DNA from: a virus | DNA length: 64,000 nt | IMG/VR virus record: IMGVR_UViG_3300049216_000035 | Location: 10,542-74,541 of that record | Direction: 5' to 3' (one strand) | Shown: positions 1 through 9,621 of the stretch, piece by piece | Numbering within the stretch: position 1 is the stretch's first letter | How the letters are laid out: each line of letters opens with the position of its first letter | The notes under the pieces: generated by a model | The model's input: only the letters and a program-made list of their open reading frames with translations | Database searches by the model: none | Told to the model about the DNA's origin: nothing | Translations under genes and position numbers: made by a program

Positions 1-474
1 CTTGCTAAGTGATTCAGCGACGGGAGACTTGCGTTCGATGACTTCGCGTCGTTCCGTAGGATCGCCGACAATCAGCCGTTCAATCTTGATAGCTTCGTTG
101 AAGTCCTTGAGGTCTGGGTCGATGGCGCGGGCGCGTTGTGCGTCGGTCAGATCGGGGTTGTTTGGATCAATGTTCAGGCGCTCGATAAAACGACGCTGCA
201 CCTTATGCAACGCCTCGATCTGCTCCTGAACCATGCTTTCGATCACGGGCTGCATGCGCTCCGTGACCTCTTCGACTACCTTATCGTTGACCTGCTCTGC
301 GAGCTTCGGCCAACCGAATTGGGCCGACCAGCGTTGAATCTGACGGATCGTGATGTGCTTGTACTTCTCGTCCTCTTGAAGCAAAGCATGGAGCGCGTTA
401 GCCGAACGGCCTTCTCCCATCGTCGCATACTGTTGGAAAACAGCCTGCTGTTCGGGAGTCATTTTCCCGGCCAC
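1..474 (-). CDS. Probable terminase small subunit (runs off left edge; absent from ORF track)
   Basis: Hand translation from GTG 474: MAGKMTPEQQAVFQQYATMGEGRSANAL...IRQIQRWSAQFGWPKL...KDFNEAIKIERLIVGDPTERREV. N-terminal HTH with W-x4-W plus a C-terminal 'ERL..G..TE' motif typical of TerS; open to base 1. Confidence 0.65.
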   Translation of the reverse strand, partial: MAGKMTPEQQAVFQQYATMGEGRSANALHALLQEDEKYKHITIRQIQRWSAQFGWPKLAEQVNDKVVEEVTERMQPVIESMVQEQIEALHKVQRRFIERLNIDPNNPDLTDAQRARAIDPDLKDFNEAIKIERLIVGDPTERREVIERKSPVAESLSK

Positions 475-797
475 TAGGTGTTGTTCGATCTACCAGCCAG
501 CCGCTGCTGCGCGAATGGTTTGACGGCGGGGTGCGTGACGTGCGGTAAACACTCTTGACCATACGAACCAAGGCCGCGATTCGGGTGCGCCTCAATGAAC
601 GCGATCATCTTGCGAATGTCTTCGGCGAAATCGGGCTCGACGTTCTCGGCAAGCGTATACAACGCAGCAAGATCAGCCGGATTCTTCGCCGGGCTGAGTA
701 CGATGGCGGGACCACATTCTACCGAATTAGAATCGTGATGATCCACGATACTGTACCGCTTCGTAAGGCGCTTAAAGCGTGGTTTGTCTGGGCTCAC
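474..797 (-). CDS. Hypothetical protein
   Basis: 107-aa ORF tightly coupled to its neighbours on the coding strand. Confidence 0.6.
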   Translation of the reverse strand: MSPDKPRFKRLTKRYSIVDHHDSNSVECGPAIVLSPAKNPADLAALYTLAENVEPDFAEDIRKMIAFIEAHPNRGLGSYGQECLPHVTHPAVKPFAQQRLAGRSNNT

Positions 798-902
798 AAT
801 GGCATCCTTTGTTGTCCCGGCAGTTCTTCGCGGGGCTTGTATTTCCGAAAGATTCGTTCGGCGTTCGAAATTATATCAATAGCCGCGTTACGCGACGCGA
901 CC

Positions 903-1109
903 TTAATTGTCACCGTGTATTCGGGATCGTCGCTGCCGTCTGTCAGTTCGAATAGTCTCAACAACTTGTGGCTCGAACGGAAACTCCCGCTCCCTCACTG
1001 TACGAAGCTGCCGTTGCGTTAGCACCGGATACTCTTGCGACTTCTCTTGCTCCGCGTTCGTGTCCAGATAGAGGTCGGCCACGCTTTGGAGTAGGTGAAA
1101 GTAGTCCAC
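903..1109 (-). CDS. Small hypothetical protein overlapping the 3' end of the sigma-like gene
   Basis: Motif 'LQSVADLYL...EYPVLTQRQLR..RERE' resembles small proteins that accompany phage sigma-like genes (from recall); GTG start. Confidence 0.45.
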   Translation of the reverse strand: MDYFHLLQSVADLYLDTNAEQEKSQEYPVLTQRQLRTVREREFPFEPQVVETIRTDRRQRRSRIHGDN

Positions 1110-1560
1110 GTTTCTTAAGTGCGCTCCGCATCTGGTAGACGGCTGGAACGGATCGCCCGAGCTTCTTGGCTACGTCGGTCGCCTTCTCGGCGTGACTGTC
1201 GATCAGCGTGTCTATCTCGGCGCGACTCCACGGCACGTTCGACGGAAGCTTTTGCGTCTGGAGATAGACGAGCAGACGACGTAGACCTGCCCGAAGTAAC
1301 TCGTACAGGGAGTTCGAGGTGATGCCCATCGCGATGGCCGTGTCGGCTGCGGAGCGTTCGTCCAGTAGGTTTAATCGGATTGCTTCTCTTTGGCGCGGAG
1401 TCAGTACCCGTTCATCATCGAGTATCTGTCCGAGGTCGAACAGCGTCACCGCCGCATCTACGTCATCCGCACTGGATGCGAGCAGGCTGCGGTAGTTGCG
1501 GAGTACCTTGCGAAGTGCGGCGGTACTCTCACGCCAAGTATAGCGCGGAACGTCTGTCAA
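958..1560 (-). CDS. Sigma-70 region-4-like transcription factor with a second HTH
   Basis: LTPRQREAIRLNLLDERSAADTAIAMGITSNSLYELLRAGLRRL is a region 4 HTH; second HTH 'WSRAEIDTL...VAKKLGRSVPAVYQMR'. Confidence 0.7.
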   Translation of the reverse strand: MTDVPRYTWRESTAALRKVLRNYRSLLASSADDVDAAVTLFDLGQILDDERVLTPRQREAIRLNLLDERSAADTAIAMGITSNSLYELLRAGLRRLLVYLQTQKLPSNVPWSRAEIDTLIDSHAEKATDVAKKLGRSVPAVYQMRSALKKRGLLSPTPKRGRPLSGHERGAREVARVSGANATAASYSEGAGVSVRATSC

Positions 1561-1913
1561 GTGTTAGTCCTCTCACGGTGCATGAGAGCGTACAAGTCGC
1601 GATCCTCGATCACATAGTAGACGCGGTTGGAGTTGTTGCCAAACCGTATCGAAAGAAGTGAACGCAATCCCCCGAGCATGGCTTCCGTTTGTACTTTACG
1701 GAGCCAACGATGCGGGATCGTGATCTGATCCTTGGCTGTGGTCTTGCACTCGACAAGCCATTCAGAACGAACGCGAACGTCGCCCGGTGATCCTGGCTGG
1801 TTGCCGGAGCCGGGTGTCATCGTCACCTCGTCCTCGCCGTATACTTGAGCCAGGGCTGCCTGAACGGAGGACTCGTGACTTCTGCTACTCTTCTGGTTTG
1901 GCGTCTTAGGCAA
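1557..1913 (-). CDS. Holliday-junction-resolvase-like PD-(D/E)XK nuclease
   Basis: HE...SG...GDV...VECK motif; likely TTG start at 1913 overlapping the HNH stop. Confidence 0.7.
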   Translation of the reverse strand: MPKTPNQKSSRSHESSVQAALAQVYGEDEVTMTPGSGNQPGSPGDVRVRSEWLVECKTTAKDQITIPHRWLRKVQTEAMLGGLRSLLSIRFGNNSNRVYYVIEDRDLYALMHRERTNT

Positions 1914-2388
1914 CAGCTTGCCCTCGAACGGCTGCGGGGTGTATGCGAGCGCCTTGCCGTGAATTGCACGATTTGCACTGACCGACAATGTTTGAAGCAT
2001 CGTGTTCACCGCCCCGCGACAGTGGTACAAGATGCCCAACAGTCAGGCGGCAGAACACCCCACAATCGAAGCAACGACTAGCCTGCGCCGCAACGATAGT
2101 CCGCCACTGGGTCGCCGTAAACGATCCAGATGCACCGTGTTCTCGCGCTCGGCGAGTTAAGGCATACTGCCGACGTTTAATCGGGTCTTTGACAACCGAT
2201 GCTTCGTACTTCCGAGTATGTGCGCGAATCCGGTCGGGGTGTTCCTTTTGCCACTTCTCGACAAGTGCCCCGCGGCAAGACTTACACTGTCTGCGGTGGT
2301 GGTAGTATGTCACGCCCGCTTTGATCGACTTGACGATTTGAAAGTCTGATAACGACCTTTCTACGCCGCACAGCTTACACTGCCTCAT
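1906..2388 (-). CDS. HNH homing endonuclease
   Basis: CxxC zinc motifs plus LTVGHLVPLSRGGEHDASNIVGQCKSCN. Confidence 0.85.
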   Translation of the reverse strand: MRQCKLCGVERSLSDFQIVKSIKAGVTYYHHRRQCKSCRGALVEKWQKEHPDRIRAHTRKYEASVVKDPIKRRQYALTRRAREHGASGSFTATQWRTIVAAQASRCFDCGVFCRLTVGHLVPLSRGGEHDASNIVGQCKSCNSRQGARIHPAAVRGQAVA

Positions 2389-3466
2389 CGGACTCTTCCT
2401 CATCGTCTTCACTTCGGTTTAAGTCCATCATGCGAGTCAGTTCAGCCCGCGTCTTCGCGTCGATCTCTTCGAACAGAGCCTCGTCCTCAAGCAAAGCGGC
2501 CTTGAGTTTCTCCTGACCCTGCCACTTCTGATCGCCGTAGACATACCATGCGCCCGTTCGTTCGACAACGCGAGCGTATGCGGACAACTGAGCTAGTTCG
2601 GCGTAGCGATCCAGTCCAACGATTTCACCAAGGTTGTAGACATCGAACTGAGCGGATCGACCTTGCGTCGCGTTCGCTTTGTTCTTCTTGACCGTGACCT
2701 TGGTGACGTGACCGACTTCGATGCCTTTCAATTCCAGTTCTTCGGCATCGCCCTTGTATAGCTCACCCTTACGAACTTCGACACGGGTCGTGGCGTAGTA
2801 AGCCAGAGCGCGGCCACCCGTCTGCTTATCCTGTGGCGGCATGCCGTTGAATACGCGAACGCCGATGTTGTCTCGACCCTGGCTGACGAAGAAGACGGTT
2901 GGCTGAACTTCGTTACGCGCGATCAAGCCGATGAGAATCCGCAGACCCTCTGACATGGCTTTCGCCGTCAGCATCGGTGCGCTTGCCTCTTGGCCTTTCT
3001 CCATCTTCTTGTCGAACTCGTCGCGCGTGACCATCGCGCCCGTCGAGTCGAAACACATGCAGGCATACTCGTCGCTCGACGTGAGGATCGCTTTCGCCAT
3101 GTCGAAGGCTGGATCGAGTAGCAGCATCGGCTTGAAGTTGTCGTGGGTGATAACGTCTAGCATCTCAAGGTTTCCCCCAAGAGCTTCGAATCGCTTCGTG
3201 TCGTAAGTCCCTTCGAAGTCGAAGATCAGAGAGCGTTTACCTTCGCGCTTCTGGGCTTCAACTGCGGCGAGGTCAAACAAGAGAGTCTTGCCGCTGCCCT
3301 CTTTTCCAAAGAGTTGCACAATGCCGCGCTTAGGCCAGCCGCCTCCAAGTGCAACGTCGAGTGCAATCGATCCTGAACTGCGGTACTCACGCGGCGCAAG
3401 AGTTGACGCGGGGACGAGAACACCTTTACCGAACTGCTTCTCAAAGTCTTTCTGCCAGTCACTCAT
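2375..3466 (-). CDS. recA: RecA-family recombinase
   Basis: SGSIALDVALGGG, Walker A GKEGSGKT, TGGRALAYYATTRVEVR, KKNK, GAWYVYG; likely start MSDWQK. Confidence 0.95.
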   Translation of the reverse strand: MSDWQKDFEKQFGKGVLVPASTLAPREYRSSGSIALDVALGGGWPKRGIVQLFGKEGSGKTLLFDLAAVEAQKREGKRSLIFDFEGTYDTKRFEALGGNLEMLDVITHDNFKPMLLLDPAFDMAKAILTSSDEYACMCFDSTGAMVTRDEFDKKMEKGQEASAPMLTAKAMSEGLRILIGLIARNEVQPTVFFVSQGRDNIGVRVFNGMPPQDKQTGGRALAYYATTRVEVRKGELYKGDAEELELKGIEVGHVTKVTVKKNKANATQGRSAQFDVYNLGEIVGLDRYAELAQLSAYARVVERTGAWYVYGDQKWQGQEKLKAALLEDEALFEEIDAKTRAELTRMMDLNRSEDDEEESDEAV

Positions 3467-3601
3467 CTTCCGCCTCGAAGCCATCGCAATCGCAAAAGCC
3501 AATAGAGTTAGAGACATTAGGATGCCCCCAGCCCATGCATGGCCATGCCTCGCAAATCAGATGATCGGCCCTAGTGTGAGCGCAGTGTTTGCATCGGTCG
3601 T

Positions 3602-4117
3602 TCATCGCTTTTTCTGTTCCATTCCGAAGATGTGTTTCTCAGTATCCCGCGCCGACATGATCTTCTTGACGCCTTCATACAGCGCGGTCGCATGTTCGGT
3701 CTTGGCTTTCAATTTCTGATACACAGACTTAGCGATGTTGACAACGGACGACTCAGCCGCAAGTTGTAGCTCTGCGCGAGCGCGGCGTTCTTGCGCGTTG
3801 CGACCGTCCGCTTCGAGCAGCTTCTCAGCGAACATGATGTCGAGCGCAGCCTTCGCGACCTCAGCCTCTAACGCACTTCGAGAGATGCCATCGCTAAGTC
3901 GGTAAAGAAGGACTGGTAGTCGTACCACCATCCGTTGAAGTTCAAAGTCCGACCAACTTTCACGACTCTCGTTGAGGTATTCATCCACGCGAGCCACGAA
4001 GTCATCAAGGTCTTTGGTGAACTGCCTCGCGACTCTATCGGCCAAGTCCGTCGCAACAGAAGCGGTCTTAACAATAGACTCGTAAGTAGACATAAGACGA
4101 ACGTCTTCATTCACCAC
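3602..4117 (-). CDS. Helical coiled-coil protein, possible recombination mediator
   Basis: 171-aa all-helical ORF directly upstream of recA; function inferred from position only. Confidence 0.5.
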   Translation of the reverse strand: MVNEDVRLMSTYESIVKTASVATDLADRVARQFTKDLDDFVARVDEYLNESRESWSDFELQRMVVRLPVLLYRLSDGISRSALEAEVAKAALDIMFAEKLLEADGRNAQERRARAELQLAAESSVVNIAKSVYQKLKAKTEHATALYEGVKKIMSARDTEKHIFGMEQKKR

Positions 4118-4481
4118 TTGGCACCTTCAGCGCGTCCATGACGCCTTCGATCTGGAGTAGCTTGTTCCACAGCCCGCCATCGACCGTGACAAGCCAGCCA
4201 TGATCGTGCTTCTTCTTGGTGTAGAGGATCGCGTGACGCTTCTTGTGCTTCACGGCGTCTGCGACGGCATCGGCGAACAGTGTGTGGTGCGCGAACGATG
4301 CGCGCAGTTTGCACTCGACCAGAACATCGAGCCCTTGAGGAATGATAACATCCCCACCACGCGGGGAGCCGTCGTCTTGCCGACTATTCGCACCGGACAG
4401 TGGGTTGCGCTTCGAAGCCCAATCCTGCGCTGCGACTCTGCGCTCGAAACCAGTCCAACAGCTTTTACTCGTCTTAGCCAT
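4107..4481 (-). CDS. Second resolvase-like PD-(D/E)XK nuclease
   Basis: FERRVA...PLSG...GDV...VECK motif. Confidence 0.7.
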   Translation of the reverse strand: MAKTSKSCWTGFERRVAAQDWASKRNPLSGANSRQDDGSPRGGDVIIPQGLDVLVECKLRASFAHHTLFADAVADAVKHKKRHAILYTKKKHDHGWLVTVDGGLWNKLLQIEGVMDALKVPSGE

Positions 4482-5274
4482 GAATCGCTTTACAGGCTTT
4501 CTGCCACGGGCAGTACATGCACCAATCAGTATTCAAAGGCAGCGTGGGTTCGATGCCGTCCCAAAGCTCCAGCCTGTCGTAGTTCTCACGAAGTTGGTGC
4601 AGCTTCGCGTCCTCGAACGGGCGGTCGTAAATCTTTAGCTCGTGGGTGTTCTTATTCTCGTACAGGATGCAGTAGCGAGTCGGCTGGGTGTACTCAGATA
4701 GCCCCGTCATCAAGAGTTTATAGGCATGCACCTGATCGATGTATGCCTGCTGTGGCCCGAGAAGCTGCTCCCAGTACCGCGCCTTGATGGTCTTGAAATC
4801 CAGAATGATCGGCGCGCGATCTAGGATCGGAACGCGGATGATGCGGTCTGGACTACCGCCAAGTTGCAGTTTCAGATTTGAGAACCGAACTTCGGCTGCG
4901 ATTGTCTCGACCAGCCCCAGATCGTGCAGCGCGTCGAAGACCATGTGCCACCGAACGCCAATGAACGTGCCCGTGGAAAGGGCGCGCTGCTGCGCGGGCT
5001 TACGGTTGACGACATCCGTCTCCGGCCAGTCACGGGCTTTGAACGCCTGCTGTTGCAAGCACTTCCCCGCCGAGCTTGCACGATACGGCTGACGTGTGAT
5101 CCCGTCCGGCTTTGTGAAGTACAGCTTGACCTTATCGAGATGGTCGGCAACGTAGTCGTCCAGTCGATCTGGGTCGGCCATGTAATCATCAATGACTTTG
5201 ACGAGATACGCGCTCACGTCTTCTTGCGCGCGATCCTGGCGTTTGAACTCTTTCGCGAAATCAGCTAATTTCAT
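4474..5274 (-). CDS. Cas4/RecB-like PD-(D/E)XK exonuclease
   Basis: N-terminal Cys (GKC), GSPD, ILDFKT, QVHAY, C-terminal CMYCPWQKAC. Confidence 0.85.
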   Translation of the reverse strand: MKLADFAKEFKRQDRAQEDVSAYLVKVIDDYMADPDRLDDYVADHLDKVKLYFTKPDGITRQPYRASSAGKCLQQQAFKARDWPETDVVNRKPAQQRALSTGTFIGVRWHMVFDALHDLGLVETIAAEVRFSNLKLQLGGSPDRIIRVPILDRAPIILDFKTIKARYWEQLLGPQQAYIDQVHAYKLLMTGLSEYTQPTRYCILYENKNTHELKIYDRPFEDAKLHQLRENYDRLELWDGIEPTLPLNTDWCMYCPWQKACKAIHG

Positions 5275-5518
5275 TGAACCCGCGTATGCCTAGATCGTGC
5301 GTCGCCTGGGCTGCGAGTATGGCTACGGCCACGCTCTCAAAGCCACTATCGATCCACTTTAGGAAGTTGACGTAGAATCGCCAAAAGAAGTACGGATACT
5401 CAGTCCCACAGAACACCTTGGGGATCGGTTCCCCCGCTTCAACACGCGCAAGCAGTCCACGAATACGCAGACAGGTTGGGTCGTTGTCGGGGGGATAGAG
5501 TATCGCCTCCAGTGCCAT
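5261..5518 (-). CDS. Hypothetical protein
   Basis: Operon-coupled ORF starting MALEAIL. Confidence 0.5.
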   Translation of the reverse strand: MALEAILYPPDNDPTCLRIRGLLARVEAGEPIPKVFCGTEYPYFFWRFYVNFLKWIDSGFESVAVAILAAQATHDLGIRGFNEIS

Positions 5519-5784
5519 TAGGACTGCTGAATCTCTTTCGCCACCTTCAGCATGTCGTAGGTGAACTGGAAAAAGCACTCCTGGCAGCAGTTAAGCTCCA
5601 CGCGCGCTTTGACAGGCACCTTGGCAATCGAGCCGCCGACATCAGCGTCGCCAATAGTCGTCTTCTCAAAGGTGATATGCACGAACTTCTCGCTCGCTTC
5701 GTGCGAGGGGTCTAGTTCGCAAGGGCGGACGAGTCCACCCGGAGTCTTAAAGGGCTCTGCCCGGAAGAGGTCACGCAGCTTCAT
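5518..5784 (-). CDS. Hypothetical protein
   Basis: Starts MKLRDL, overlapping the end of polA. Confidence 0.5.
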   Translation of the reverse strand: MKLRDLFRAEPFKTPGGLVRPCELDPSHEASEKFVHITFEKTTIGDADVGGSIAKVPVKARVELNCCQECFFQFTYDMLKVAKEIQQS

Positions 5785-8700
5785 CGTCTTCCCAATCGTC
5801 GTCAGTAATCTTGTCGCCCCATCGTGTGAGAACGTCCACCGACACCTTGATCGGTACGCGGAGGGGCACCGCATTTGACATTATACCAGCTAGAACATCC
5901 AAAGTGTGTCGGTTCTTTTGAAGCCACGCGAGCGGTACTTCAAATACGAGTTCGTCGTGGATTGATAGCAAGAACTGGAACGGCCAATGCTCGTCCTTGA
6001 TCTTGTTGTTGACCTTGATCGCCGCGACCTTAATCATGTCGGCGCTCGAATTGTGCGTTACAAAGCCATTTACGCAGAATTGACCCGTCTCGCTGTTTAC
6101 AACATCAAACATTTCAACATCGAAACCAGTGGTTTTAACCGAACGTACAATCTCAGAACGGCCGTAAATTGACGAGATGCGCGAAGGTACTACGGCTGCA
6201 AGTAATTCAGCTTTTCGCCGTGACTCGAACCCGATTATATCCTGAAACAAATGTGCATCTCCGGCCATGACGCTAACTTTGGTTGAATCAGTGTTAAACG
6301 CGAGCCGTGAACGTATTCCAAAGAATCTGAGCGCCCTCTGAACTTCACGCGCCCATGCTAGTTTCTCTCGCCCTTTACCGAAAGTTAAAGTCGGAGACTT
6401 GCCTTGCAGCCCACCGTCTCCATCAAATAAACCACGCAAATAGCTTCGAAGAAGCACACTGTCAGACCAAACCACGTCGGGGATTCTGTACTTCAAGTCC
6501 ATCTTTATGGCTTGTTCACCGAGAGTTTTAGAACTCAGGTGATAGCGAAAAAGTTTCTTGTAGGGTTTACCATGCTTCGTTAATCCGCGCCCAGAATGGC
6601 GTTCGTCCACACTAACCGAACCAAGTAGCGCAAGTCCCCTGTCGATAAGCCTGCCGGATATATCGGCCTCGTGCTCGGCCACAAGCACCGTAACACCGAC
6701 GCTAGAAACGCTACCATCACTCGCGATACGCCCCAGCAAAAAGCCAAGATCAGCACGATCTTCAATGTTGGCAAATGATGCTACATGGGCGTTGGCACAA
6801 TTAGATGTGAAAGTTCGTGGAAACTTTAGATCGTCCGCGCGCCAGATCGGCTGGGTGTCAGACGCGACGCAATACATTTGGCCGTTAAGGTCTTCAGCAC
6901 GAACCCAAGATTCGTTACCTTTCGTGTTGCGAACCAAAAATATATGATCGGGGCTGCACAATATCTCATGTCTCCCGCCGATATTTACACGAAGCTGACG
7001 TTTCTTACCACTTGGTAATACGCTTGCGCTTACGAACTTAGCACCGTCCCAAATTGAAACAGCTTGATTGACGACTGTCTCGATAGGTACAATGCCTCGA
7101 TCTTCAAGCAGCACAAGGCTATCGCCGCTTAAGCACCCTTGGATCGGCGAGTTCACGGCTTGGCGCTCGGCCATCGAGGCGAACTTGCGATCCGGGTTGT
7201 TAATCGGCTTATGCAGCCGACGCTTGCGGCCGAGGATCGTCTCGACATATCCCTGCTGGTGTGCGAGCAGCTTCGATCCGTCGATCCACGCCTTCACGCG
7301 AGGATAGGCTTTGAAATACGCTTTGACGGCGGCTTGCGAACTGACTTCGGTCAAGAAGCCTTCGGTTGCGCCTAGCTCCTGAAGCCGGATGTTCACGGTG
7401 TCCATCAGCTTCGGCGCACCGATGCCGTAAGGGATACCGAAGTTGACGTTCTTGGCCGTAATACGAGGTGGCATGTCCTTGTCAGCTTCGAGGGCTGCAA
7501 GCGATATGCCGAACATGTTGTGGGCGGTCATCGAATGAAAATCTTCACCCGACATAAAGCCCGCGATCATCGCCTCGTCACCCGATAGGTGCGCGAGGAT
7601 GCGTAGCTCGATCTGCGAGTAATCGAACGTCACGAGGACCATTCCCGGCGAAGGAACGAAACCACGCCGGATCACTGGACCGATGGCTTGCTTCGGCAAC
7701 TGTTGAAGATTAGGCTTACTGCACGATAGCCGCCCGCTCACTGCCCCGATTGGCTTCAATGAACAGTAGATGCGGCCGCCTTCTACGAACGTCGGTAACT
7801 TGTTCACGAATAGCTTGCGGATCGTATCGTACTTCCGCCAATTCGTGATAAGCGGAATGACCGGATGCTCGTCCTTGATCTTCGCCAGCGCCCGCTTGTC
7901 GGTGCTGCGGTTGCTAAGGTCTGGGAGGTGAAGCCCATCGAACAGCGCGGATGCGAGTTGTTGCGGCGATCCGGGGTTTATATCACCGAGAACGTCCGTG
8001 ACCTTCTTGAGAGCCTTTTGATACTCGTCCTCGATGGTCGGATACATTACGTCCCGATAGTAATCCCAGTCCCACTGAACGCCTTGCTTCTCGCCTTCGT
8101 AGAGAAGCTGGCTGTGCGGCATCTCCACGTCGTACATCAGCGACCACAGCTTCGGCTGCTGCTTCAGATGCTCGCGCTGAAACTCGGCCAGTGCGAACGT
8201 ACCTTCCACGTCTTTGCCGAGATATATCGTCGCCATCTTCAGGGGCCAGTTGCCGAACTTACCGTCTTGCTTGATCTTGTAGTCCGGCCAACCCAGATAC
8301 AGCGAAAGGTTATCTTCGAGGCCGTGATCGATCAGATTCTCGTCAAGCAACCAGGATGCAATCACGGCGTCATGCTCGATGCCGCCAATTTCAAGGCCAA
8401 AGGTGCGGCGAATCGCATGCTGGTCGAACTTGCCGTTTGCGACGTACTTCTTGATCGTCTCACTACTGAACACGTCGCCGAGTTCGTCTTGCATGACGCC
8501 ACGGTCGAAGTTCTGCTCTGCGTAGATCATACCGTTCGGAATGATGTACGCCTCGTTAGCGACGAATATACCAGTCGCCACCACGCGGAACTCTGGCTTG
8601 TACCAGTGAAGCCCTGTCGTTTCCGTGTCAAACGAGAATAGACCAGTATCGCGACACGCCTGGGCGCACTCGCGAATCTGGTCGATGCTCGTAACGAAAT

Positions 8701-8833
8701 GGAAGTTGTCCGGGACCACGGCTGTACGCTCGCGTTCGCGGAGAGACTTCAGGACCTTGATGTCGCCATCGTGACTCGGTAAGTCATCGAACAGTGCGAC
8801 TTGGCCCTCAGCGACTTTTGGTTTTCGCGGCAT
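5771..8833 (-). CDS. polA: Family A DNA polymerase (3'-5' exonuclease + polymerase) containing an intein
   Basis: Exo I FDTETTG; SGRLSCSKPNLQQLP; motif A DYSQIELR; motif B KNVNFGIPYG; motif C IHDEL. No 5'-3' exonuclease domain. Confidence 0.97.
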   Translation of the reverse strand: MPRKPKVAEGQVALFDDLPSHDGDIKVLKSLRERERTAVVPDNFHFVTSIDQIRECAQACRDTGLFSFDTETTGLHWYKPEFRVVATGIFVANEAYIIPNGMIYAEQNFDRGVMQDELGDVFSSETIKKYVANGKFDQHAIRRTFGLEIGGIEHDAVIASWLLDENLIDHGLEDNLSLYLGWPDYKIKQDGKFGNWPLKMATIYLGKDVEGTFALAEFQREHLKQQPKLWSLMYDVEMPHSQLLYEGEKQGVQWDWDYYRDVMYPTIEDEYQKALKKVTDVLGDINPGSPQQLASALFDGLHLPDLSNRSTDKRALAKIKDEHPVIPLITNWRKYDTIRKLFVNKLPTFVEGGRIYCSLKPIGAVSGRLSCSKPNLQQLPKQAIGPVIRRGFVPSPGMVLVTFDYSQIELRILAHLSGDEAMIAGFMSGEDFHSMTAHNMFGISLAALEADKDMPPRITAKNVNFGIPYGIGAPKLMDTVNIRLQELGATEGFLTEVSSQAAVKAYFKAYPRVKAWIDGSKLLAHQQGYVETILGRKRRLHKPINNPDRKFASMAERQAVNSPIQGCLSGDSLVLLEDRGIVPIETVVNQAVSIWDGAKFVSASVLPSGKKRQLRVNIGGRHEILCSPDHIFLVRNTKGNESWVRAEDLNGQMYCVASDTQPIWRADDLKFPRTFTSNCANAHVASFANIEDRADLGFLLGRIASDGSVSSVGVTVLVAEHEADISGRLIDRGLALLGSVSVDERHSGRGLTKHGKPYKKLFRYHLSSKTLGEQAIKMDLKYRIPDVVWSDSVLLRSYLRGLFDGDGGLQGKSPTLTFGKGREKLAWAREVQRALRFFGIRSRLAFNTDSTKVSVMAGDAHLFQDIIGFESRRKAELLAAVVPSRISSIYGRSEIVRSVKTTGFDVEMFDVVNSETGQFCVNGFVTHNSSADMIKVAAIKVNNKIKDEHWPFQFLLSIHDELVFEVPLAWLQKNRHTLDVLAGIMSNAVPLRVPIKVSVDVLTRWGDKITDDDWEDDEAA
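6050..7135 (-). mobile_element. Intein with LAGLIDADG endonuclease (362 aa)
   Basis: NSPIQG|CLSGDS ... VTHN|SSADMIK; block B CSPDHIF; LGRIASDGS and LRGLFDGDG motifs; segment is more AT-rich than the exteins. Confidence 0.95.
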
Positions 8834-8978
8834 TTTCGGCTACACGTTTGGCGTCACAAATCTTACAGGTGCCCTTAGCGCACTTGCGTCTGTGAACTGC
8901 TTTGAACAGGCGGACGAGCCCACCGAAGTCGTACCCCGGTAGGTCGTCCACGGCGACGATCTGAGCGTGTTTCAAGAC

Positions 8979-9614
8979 CTAGAAGCGCGAACGACTCGCA
9001 GCCCCTTTGTCCTCGTCTTCGTCCCGAGCAACTGGCGTCACCGTGCTTGAATTGATGTACGCCTTAACTCGCTGCGTAGCGAGCAGAAGATCGGCCGGAA
9101 GGAGTTCTTCCATGTCCGGGATTTCGAGCGCCTTTTCGGCTTCGCCAAGAGCGCCCTTCGTGTCGTTCTGCGCAATCCACTTGTAGGTCGTGTCGAGCTT
9201 GAGGCCCTTACGCTTGATCTTGAAATCAAAGTTCGTGATGTCGGTGCCTGCCGGAAGTTCCTCGATCTGCGAGACAACTTCTTCGAGAGCATTACGTCCG
9301 TACTCGATTACCTGGACACGCGATTCGTTCTGGTCGCCGCGCACTCGCACGGGGATGAACGTCTTGACGGAACGCTTCGCTTCGCAGAGGCAAAGTGGGC
9401 ACTTGTCCGGGTCTTTCTCCAGCGTTTCGGACAAGCAACGAGTGGACTTGAGCCCCTTGTTGAAGTCCTGGTGAATCGCCAGACACACCCATTCGTCTTG
9501 GGGCTGGAGGACGCGCACGACGGCACTCTCGCCGTCCTTTTCGAGCTTGAACGGCATGTAGCCGAGGCCCGTATTGTTCTTGTGATACTCTTGGGCTGCT
9601 TTGTATCCGCGCAT
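8979..9614 (-). CDS. Phage ssDNA-binding protein (gp32-like)
   Basis: FKLEKDGESAVVRVL, His/Cys zinc ligands (H...C...CPLC), KIKRKG..LDTTY, acidic tail; lies between primase and polymerase. Confidence 0.75.
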   Translation of the reverse strand: MRGYKAAQEYHKNNTGLGYMPFKLEKDGESAVVRVLQPQDEWVCLAIHQDFNKGLKSTRCLSETLEKDPDKCPLCLCEAKRSVKTFIPVRVRGDQNESRVQVIEYGRNALEEVVSQIEELPAGTDITNFDFKIKRKGLKLDTTYKWIAQNDTKGALGEAEKALEIPDMEELLPADLLLATQRVKAYINSSTVTPVARDEDEDKGAASRSRF

Positions 9615-9621
9615 TGTTGTT

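Noticed and set aside
4474-5274. Cas4-like gene as part of a CRISPR system
   Set aside because: No repeat-spacer array or other cas genes seen; it sits in a recombination operon.
7865-8641. Long antisense ORFs (also 35700-36563, 41563-42330) and the alternate-frame ORF 56400-57461
   Set aside because: Shadow ORFs of well-supported genes in GC-rich DNA, with no motifs.
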